A DNA stretch of 13,512 bases from Gemmatimonadota bacterium (GTDB taxonomy: Bacteria; Gemmatimonadota; Gemmatimonadetes; Longimicrobiales; RSA9), in contig JBBDRO010000062.1 of assembly GCA_040905425.1 (NCBI GenBank), positions 1 to 13,512 on the forward strand. The letters are read 5' to 3'. This document shows, one piece after another, positions 7,236 to 13,512 of this stretch (positions are counted from its first letter, which is position 1; each line of letters opens with the position of its first letter). Both the position numbers and the translations under genes were made by a program. The notes below the pieces were generated by a model. That model searched no databases. It worked only from the letters and a program-made list of their open reading frames with translations, and was not told the DNA's origin.

Positions 7236-8403
7236 GGCTCACCTGCTCCGCCACGGGCCACTGTGGGCCCGGGGCGTCATCCCGCTGGTGCTGCTGGCCA
7301 TCCTCCTAGCCGTCTTCTTCCGGTGGGGGCCCCTGGGTCTGCTCGGCAAGACCTTCCCGCCCGTGGAGGAGCTCACCATCGAGAGGGTGTGGATGCCGGA
7401 GCCCGGCATCATCCATGTGGGCGTCGTGAACGGCGGCCCTGAGGCGGTTACGGTTTCCCAGGTGCTGGTGGATGACGCAATGTGGAGCCACACCCTGGAC
7501 GGCGAGCGAGAGATCGGCCGCTTGGAGAGCCGGACGGTCCGGATCCCGTACCCGTGGGTGGAAGGCGAGCCGCACGACATCAAGCTGCTCACGAGCACCG
7601 GGCTCACGTTCGACGCCACGGTGGATGTCGCGACCCAGGCGCCCGTAATGAACGCGTACTATCTGGGCATGTTTGCTCTCGTCGGTGCGTACGTCGGCGT
7701 GGTGCCCGTGTTGCTGGGCCTGCTCTGGCTGCCCTTCCTGCGGGGGCTCGAGCGCCGCTGGGTCGACTTCTTCCTGGCCTTCACGCTGGGGCTCCTGGTG
7801 TTCCTCGGCGTGGATGCGCTGGTGGAATCGGCGGAGCTGTCCACGGCGGTGCCCGGCGCCTTCATGGGCACGGGGCTGGTCCTCCTGGGGCTGGTCGGTA
7901 CGCCGCTCCTTCTGGAGGCGGGCGGGGGGCTCCGTCGAGCCGCGTCCCCGTCAGCGTTCCGGATCGCGCTGCTGGTGGCCCTGGCGATCGGGCTCCACAA
8001 CCTGGGCGAGGGGCTGGCGATCGGGGGGGCCTACGCCTCGGGTGCCGCCGCGCTGGGTACCTTCCTCGTGATCGGATTCCTGATCCACAACACCACCGAA
8101 GGACTCGCCATCGTGGCTCCCCTGGCCCGTGACCGCGTCCGGATCCGCACGCTCGCCGGACTTGGGCTGTTGGCGGGCGCCCCGACGATCCTTGGCACGT
8201 GGCTGGGAGGATTCGGTGCAACGCCGCTATGGGCCACCCTGTTCCTGGCCATCGGAGCCGGAGCGGTAGCGCAGGTGGTGCTCCAGCTCGTGCGCTTGTT
8301 CCGCCGCGGCCAGGGGCAGGGACTCACCGCCCCTCTGAATGCGGCCGGCGTGCTCGCAGGACTGCTCGTGATGTACGCTACCGGGCTGCTGGTCGCGGCC
8401 TGA
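7228..8403 (+). CDS. ZIP (ZupT/GufA-type) divalent metal transporter with an N-terminal extracytoplasmic domain
   Basis: The true start is ATG 7228, overlapping the oxidase stop (ATGCCTGA); 391 aa. Metal-site helices LHNLGEGLAIG and IHNTTEGLAIV are present, and a soluble beta-rich segment of about 100 aa follows the first TM helix. Confidence 0.92.
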   Translation: MPEAHLLRHGPLWARGVIPLVLLAILLAVFFRWGPLGLLGKTFPPVEELTIERVWMPEPGIIHVGVVNGGPEAVTVSQVLVDDAMWSHTLDGEREIGRLESRTVRIPYPWVEGEPHDIKLLTSTGLTFDATVDVATQAPVMNAYYLGMFALVGAYVGVVPVLLGLLWLPFLRGLERRWVDFFLAFTLGLLVFLGVDALVESAELSTAVPGAFMGTGLVLLGLVGTPLLLEAGGGLRRAASPSAFRIALLVALAIGLHNLGEGLAIGGAYASGAAALGTFLVIGFLIHNTTEGLAIVAPLARDRVRIRTLAGLGLLAGAPTILGTWLGGFGATPLWATLFLAIGAGAVAQVVLQLVRLFRRGQGQGLTAPLNAAGVLAGLLVMYATGLLVAA

Positions 8404-8407
8404 GCGC

Positions 8408-8425
8408 CGGGGCGGCGTGGCCCCG
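8408..8425. terminator. Short GC hairpin between the convergent ZIP and Acr3-like genes
   Basis: CGGGGC-ggcgtg-GCCCCG in the 28 nt gap, with no U-tract. Confidence 0.3.
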
Positions 8426-8431
8426 CTCCGA

Positions 8432-9418
8432 TCAGGAAGCCGGCGACCCGCCCGCCGGATCCAGGCGGTGACGCATGGCCAGCAGCGCCTGGGAAACGAC
8501 AGCGAGCACCGGAAGCTCGATCAAGGGTCCCACCACGAGGGTCAGCGCGATGAGGGGTCGGTCGGGAAATGCGACCACGGCAATGGCGAGCGCCACGGGC
8601 GAGTTCCGCGCCAGCGTGGCGAAGCAGAGACTCGCGCAGTCCGGGTAGGCGAACCGCATTATCCGGGAAACCCAGATGGCCAGGAGCACGGTCGTGAAAA
8701 AGAAGAGGAGGAGTGGAACGAGGAGCCGCAGGACGACGATCGGGTTGTCGAGCAGGACGGTACCCTGTGACGCAAACATGGCGGCGATGGCCAGCGTCAG
8801 GAAGGCGAGCTGTGCACCCGCCACCGCGGGCAAGGCGCGCTCTGTGACCCACGCGCGGCCCCGCACCGCCTCCGCCCCGCGGCGGAATGCCCAGGCCAGC
8901 GCTAACGGCACGACGAGCACGAGCAGCACGCCCTGCACCAGCACACCGTAGTCGATTCGCACGAGCGTCCCCGCGAAGAGCAGCAGGTAGACCGGCAGCA
9001 GGAGCAGCTGGAGGACCAGATGCCAGGGCAGGAGCGCGGTCGAGAGCCGCACATTGCCGCCAGCCAGGCCAGTGAAGACCAGGTACCAGTCCGTGCACGG
9101 CGTGACCATGAGCATGATCAGCCCGATCCAGAGGTCCGGATGGTCTCGCAGGAAGAGCCAACCCAGCCCATAGGCGAACAGCGGCGTCCAGATGAAGTTG
9201 ACGCCCAGGCTCCACCCGGTGAAGCGCAGGTTCCGCAAGGCGGCCCCCATCCGGCGCAGCGGGACGTGGAGGAAGACACTCCACAGCATGGCCATGAGCG
9301 CGGGCACCACCAGATGGATGGCGTGGTCCGCGATCCACGAGAGCTGCCCGGCCGCCAGTCCGGTGAGGACGGCCAGCAGGATCGCGATGGTCTGGCGGGA
9401 GTCGAACAGTCGCGGCAA
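8432..9418 (-). CDS. acr3: Acr3-like arsenite/antimonite efflux permease (SBF/BART superfamily)
   Basis: 328 aa with about 10 TM helices; NFIWTPLFAYGL, LMVTPCTDWYLVFT (conserved Cys), ARNSPVALAIA and VVGPLIELPVL (conserved Glu). The TTG start has GAGG and GAGGAG upstream. Confidence 0.85.
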   Translation of the reverse strand: MPRLFDSRQTIAILLAVLTGLAAGQLSWIADHAIHLVVPALMAMLWSVFLHVPLRRMGAALRNLRFTGWSLGVNFIWTPLFAYGLGWLFLRDHPDLWIGLIMLMVTPCTDWYLVFTGLAGGNVRLSTALLPWHLVLQLLLLPVYLLLFAGTLVRIDYGVLVQGVLLVLVVPLALAWAFRRGAEAVRGRAWVTERALPAVAGAQLAFLTLAIAAMFASQGTVLLDNPIVVLRLLVPLLLFFFTTVLLAIWVSRIMRFAYPDCASLCFATLARNSPVALAIAVVAFPDRPLIALTLVVGPLIELPVLAVVSQALLAMRHRLDPAGGSPAS

Positions 9419-9670
9419 CGGGCCTCGGACTCCTCAGGCGGTCAGCTGTTCTTGATCGTCGAGCCGGGAAGCTACGCCTCGACCTGGATTTGCGCAGGCG
9501 CTGCCCGAACTGCTCAGCGAGCTGGCGCAGCGCATCTGGCAGGCGCAGTCGTGACTGCCGCGCTGTCCCCAACCACCCTGGTCCCGTCCCGTCGAGCGCC
9601 CCATGTTGCTGGAACCTGGCCCCCGACCGGACGATGCACCCTGACCCATCCATCCATCCGCCACTACGCC

Positions 9671-10825
9671 ATGCTGGTCTTCACCAGCCTCGCGGCCGCC
9701 GCCTGCGGCGCGGGCTCCGACGCCGTGTTCCTGGCGGAGGTCACGGACAGTGCCGGTGTGCGCATCGCGACGAACGGGCCTGTGTCCGCCGCGCCCGCCA
9801 GCCTCCAACTGGACGCTGAGCCCTATCTCATGCTCGGCGGCCTGCGCCAGGATCTGCGTCTGGAGTTCCAGGGCACCAGCCCGTGGAACAGCGCCGTCGT
9901 GCTCTCCGACGGCCGCCTCGTAGCGAGCAACGGAACCCATGTGAAGTTCCTCGGCCCCGACGGCGCGCTCGAGCGCATCGTGGGGCAGGAGGGGGACGGG
10001 CCAGGGGAGTTCCGGCAGATCCACGGACTCTGCCCGCTGGCGGGCGATTCCGTGGTGGTCTGGGACGGGCGCGTGCGCCGCGTCACCATTCTGGGGCCGC
10101 ACGGCGCCATCGTGCGATCATTTCCCACCACGTACCATGTCATTCGCGACGTCTGCTTCGCCGACGGAGCGCTCCTCGTGCAGGGGGGCAGGATCCCCGA
10201 CTTGGACCCCCCGCGAGCACGCTTCTACACCCTGTCCTCCACGGGCGCGTTGCTGGATTCGCTCCCCGTGCTCCCGGTAGCCTCCTCTGTGCAGGTTCCC
10301 CGGCAGGTGACGTACGCGGTGCACCGGGAAGAGCTCTACGTGGCCGACGCCCGGCATCCCGAAGTCCGGATCTACGACCGCGCTGGCCGGCTCGTGCGCA
10401 TCGTCCGGACACGGGACACCCCGGAGGTGATGACCCCCGAGGAGCTCCACAACGCGAACCCGTGGGAAGGGGAAATGGCGGCCGGGTCGAGATCCGGGGG
10501 CGCCGTCCGGCCTGCGGCCTTTGGTGTCACGCGGCCGCCCCATCACCGCATGCTGGTGGATCCCGAGGGGCGCATTTGGCTCCTGCTGGACATCGTCTTA
10601 CGGACCGACCACCGGAACCTCCTCGGTCCGGCGGATGGCGTGTGGGCCGTCTTCGCGCCCGACGGTCAACTGCTGGCCCGGCTGCCCGTGGATACCGGTG
10701 AGGGGCCCTGGAAGCAAATCGTGGATCTGCGCACGGGCCGGCCGCTCGTGGCCAGCAGGGATATGATGGGCGCGCGGGTGCTGGCGTTTCACGACGTGCT
10801 CGGGCTTCCGCCAGGCGCGCGCTGA
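9671..10825 (+). CDS. Six-bladed beta-propeller (NHL-like) lipoprotein
   Basis: Lipobox-like LAAAA-C, a DSAGVRI motif, GQEGDGPGEFRQI, and blade repeats (LYVAD...IYDRAGRLVRIV; LVDPEGRIWL; VFAPDGQLL). The ORF-track extension to 9020 is antisense to acr3. The start is uncertain. Confidence 0.8.
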   Translation: MLVFTSLAAAACGAGSDAVFLAEVTDSAGVRIATNGPVSAAPASLQLDAEPYLMLGGLRQDLRLEFQGTSPWNSAVVLSDGRLVASNGTHVKFLGPDGALERIVGQEGDGPGEFRQIHGLCPLAGDSVVVWDGRVRRVTILGPHGAIVRSFPTTYHVIRDVCFADGALLVQGGRIPDLDPPRARFYTLSSTGALLDSLPVLPVASSVQVPRQVTYAVHREELYVADARHPEVRIYDRAGRLVRIVRTRDTPEVMTPEELHNANPWEGEMAAGSRSGGAVRPAAFGVTRPPHHRMLVDPEGRIWLLLDIVLRTDHRNLLGPADGVWAVFAPDGQLLARLPVDTGEGPWKQIVDLRTGRPLVASRDMMGARVLAFHDVLGLPPGAR

Positions 10826-11451
10826 TGCGTTGCATGAGCAGCTCCACACATCTCCTCCTGATCGGCGCCATGACGCTACTGGCGGTAAGCTGCCGCGCCG
10901 AACAGGCGGCTGAGCGCACCGACCCCTACCGCCTCGGCCATCCCGCCGCCCCCGTGGCCGTGGTGGAGTTCAGTGACTTCGGCTGCCCTTACTGCGCCCG
11001 CTTCGCCCGCCACACCCTGCCCACGCTGCGCACCGAATACGTGGCAGCGGGGCAGGTGCGCTGGCGCTACGTGCCCGTCGTGATGGGCTTCCCGGGCGGG
11101 GAGGTCATGGGCGCCGCGGCCGTGTGCGCCGCGGAGCTGGGCGGCCGCGATGTGTTCTGGCGCGTCCACGACCTGTTCTACGAGCGGCAGGCCGGCGTGC
11201 GGGGGCCCGAGGCGCGCCCGCGGGTGCTGGACTGGCTGGTTGAGCTGGGACTGGACCGGGCGGCGCTGGAGCGCTGCATGGACGCCCCCAGCACGTGGGG
11301 CCGATTGGAAGCCAACAACAAGGAGGCCGCGCGCTGGAACGTCGGCGGCACGCCCACCTTCGTGATCAACGGCGTACCCATGAGCGGCGCCTATCCCACC
11401 GATTTCTTCCGGCTGATCCTGGACACCGTACTCGACCCTTCAGGCCTCTGA
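10825..11451 (+). CDS. DsbA-like thioredoxin-fold oxidoreductase, probable lipoprotein
   Basis: VVEFSDFGCPYC active site, cis-Pro loop GGTPTFVING, lipobox LAVS-C and a second Cys pair (AAVCAAE/LERCMD). TGATG overlap with the upstream gene; alternative ATG at 10834. Confidence 0.9.
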   Translation: MRCMSSSTHLLLIGAMTLLAVSCRAEQAAERTDPYRLGHPAAPVAVVEFSDFGCPYCARFARHTLPTLRTEYVAAGQVRWRYVPVVMGFPGGEVMGAAAVCAAELGGRDVFWRVHDLFYERQAGVRGPEARPRVLDWLVELGLDRAALERCMDAPSTWGRLEANNKEAARWNVGGTPTFVINGVPMSGAYPTDFFRLILDTVLDPSGL

Positions 11452-11457
11452 GGACCC

Positions 11458-11916
<459 letters not shown>

Positions 11917-11920
11917 GGGG

Positions 11921-13450
11921 ATGCGCGACACGGGCCACGGGAGGGCCACCACCACCGCCCAGCGCCAGGCCGCCGCCGCCGAGGGCCAGGCCGCCACGGC
12001 CGAGGTGCTGCGCCAGGAAGGCAGCCGTCTCGTTGAGCGAATGGCGGCCTACCTGGATGACCTGGAGGCCGGACCCGTCTCCACGCGCCACACCGCCGCG
12101 GAGCTGGCCACGCGTTTCGATCTGCCCCTGCCACGCACCGGTCTGCCGGCGCGAGAGGTCTGGGACGAGGTCTGGCGGGACGTGGTGGCCGACGCCATTC
12201 ACCTGGCCCACCCCATGTACCTGGGCCACCAAGTGGCCCCGCCCCTGCCCCATGCCGTTCTGGCCGACGCCCTTGCCAGCCTGCTCAACCAGTCGGTTGC
12301 GGTATGGGAGATGTCCCCCACCGGCACGCCGCTGGAGCGGCGGGTGGTGGCGTGGATGAAGGAGTTGATCGGCTACCCCAAGGCGGCCGACGGCACCACC
12401 GTCTCCGGCGGCAGCGCCGCCAACCTGACGGGCCTGCTGGCGGCGCGTGAGGCCCGCTTTCCAGGCGCCTGGCGCCGCGGCGTGGCGGGCACGCCGGGAC
12501 TGGAGCGTGCGGTGGTGCTCACGGGGGCGCACACGCACTACTCCGTGGAGCGGGCGGTGGGCGTCATGGGGATGGGCGCCGACGCCGTGGTGAGCGTGCC
12601 GGAGCGGGAGCTGCGCATGGACGTGGCGGCCCTGGAGCGGATCCTGGCCGAACTGGCGGCCGCGGACCGCACGCCCCTGGCCATCGTGGCCACGGCCGCC
12701 AGCACCGCCACCGGACTCTTCGATGACCTGGACGCCATTGCCGACGTGGCCGAGGCGCACGGGATCTGGCTGCACGTGGACGGCGCCCACGGCGCCTCCT
12801 TCGTGCTGAGCCCAGCGCTGCGGGACCGCCTGAAGGGCATCGAGCGGGCAGACTCCCTGTCGTGGGATCCGCACAAGATGCTCTTCATGCCCATCTCGGC
12901 CGGCATGGTGCTGGTGCGCGACGGCGCGCACCTGGCCAGCGCCTTCCAGCAGAGCGCGCCCTACCTCTTCCATCCGCGTCCCGGCGAGACGCGCACCCGG
13001 GACATGGGGCAGCACACCCTCCAGTGCTCCCGGCGCCTGGATGCGCTCAAGCTGTGGATCTGCCTGCGCCACTACGGCGTGGAGCATTTTTCGGGGCTGC
13101 TGGAGCACACGGTGGCCAACGCCGCGGCGCTGCACGCCCTCCTCGAGGCGGCGCCGGACTTCGAGGCGGTCCACGCCCCGGAGTCCAACATCCTCTGCTT
13201 CCGCTATCTGCCCGATGGAAGCGGCACCTGGGAGCCGGAGCGGGTGGACGCTCTCCAGGGGACGCTCCGGGAGCGTTACAACGCCGTTGGCGGTGGCTGG
13301 ATCACGACCACGGTGCTCGGGGGGCGGCGCGTGCTGCGGGTCACGCTGATGAATCCCGCCACGGAGCAGCGCCACCTGGAGGCCATGCTCGAGGGACTGC
13401 GGGAGACGGCCGCCAGGATCGCAACCACAACCCGCCAATCTGACTCATGA
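11921..13450 (+). CDS. Group II PLP-dependent amino-acid decarboxylase (DABA/aromatic-L-amino-acid decarboxylase-like)
   Basis: HPMYLGHQV, SGGSAANLTGLLAAR, HYSVERA, WLHVDGAHG, SLSWDPHKM (PLP lysine), TLQCSRRLDALKLW and LRVTLMNP. Confidence 0.93.
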   Translation: MRDTGHGRATTTAQRQAAAAEGQAATAEVLRQEGSRLVERMAAYLDDLEAGPVSTRHTAAELATRFDLPLPRTGLPAREVWDEVWRDVVADAIHLAHPMYLGHQVAPPLPHAVLADALASLLNQSVAVWEMSPTGTPLERRVVAWMKELIGYPKAADGTTVSGGSAANLTGLLAAREARFPGAWRRGVAGTPGLERAVVLTGAHTHYSVERAVGVMGMGADAVVSVPERELRMDVAALERILAELAAADRTPLAIVATAASTATGLFDDLDAIADVAEAHGIWLHVDGAHGASFVLSPALRDRLKGIERADSLSWDPHKMLFMPISAGMVLVRDGAHLASAFQQSAPYLFHPRPGETRTRDMGQHTLQCSRRLDALKLWICLRHYGVEHFSGLLEHTVANAAALHALLEAAPDFEAVHAPESNILCFRYLPDGSGTWEPERVDALQGTLRERYNAVGGGWITTTVLGGRRVLRVTLMNPATEQRHLEAMLEGLRETAARIATTTRQSDS

Positions 13451-13512
13451 GCCGGGCAATCCTGTACACTTCTGGTTGTCACACCGGCCGGGCACCATCC
13501 AGCCGCCACCAT

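Noticed and set aside
9434..9604. Minus-strand Cys-containing peptide (HDCACQMRC) ending just before acr3, considered as an ArsR or metallochaperone
   Set aside because: No HTH, no RBS and Ser/Gly-rich random composition; it is the tail of an antisense ORF.
8031..9653. 540 aa minus-strand ORF
   Set aside because: Out-of-frame overlap with acr3 and antisense to the ZIP gene, with low-complexity composition.
13440..13512. Possible promoter (TACACT at 13465-13470) and start of a downstream gene
   Set aside because: No convincing -35 element at a proper spacing, and the window ends before any gene can be confirmed.

Overview
Very GC-rich bacterial DNA; the gene content and signal-peptide style suggest Gemmatimonadota/Longimicrobiales (inference). 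The left arm (1-4102) holds the 3' end of an NTF2-like gene, a probable ABC-permease remnant, and three minus-strand genes: an ANKH/MATE-like exporter, a tandem Usp and L-2-hydroxyglutarate oxidase. A tRNA-Asn(GTT) at 4164-4237, with its own promoter and downstream hairpin, is followed by an accessory metal/metalloid block (about 4290-9600). That block has two operons diverging from an AT-rich control region at 6025-6179. The leftward operon encodes a secreted DUF2911 protein, a Cys-rich ArsR regulator and a 4-TM His-containing membrane protein. The rightward operon encodes a Tat-exported type-C two-domain multicopper oxidase coupled to a ZIP transporter, behind a perfect ATTTAGT-N4-ACTAAAT palindrome. 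A convergent Acr3-like permease closes the block. The right arm is a tightly coupled plus-strand run: beta-propeller lipoprotein, DsbA-like oxidoreductase, EVE-domain protein and group II PLP decarboxylase. The best candidate for a poorly described system is the operator-controlled oxidase plus ZIP module. All family calls come from motif recognition by eye; no searches were run.
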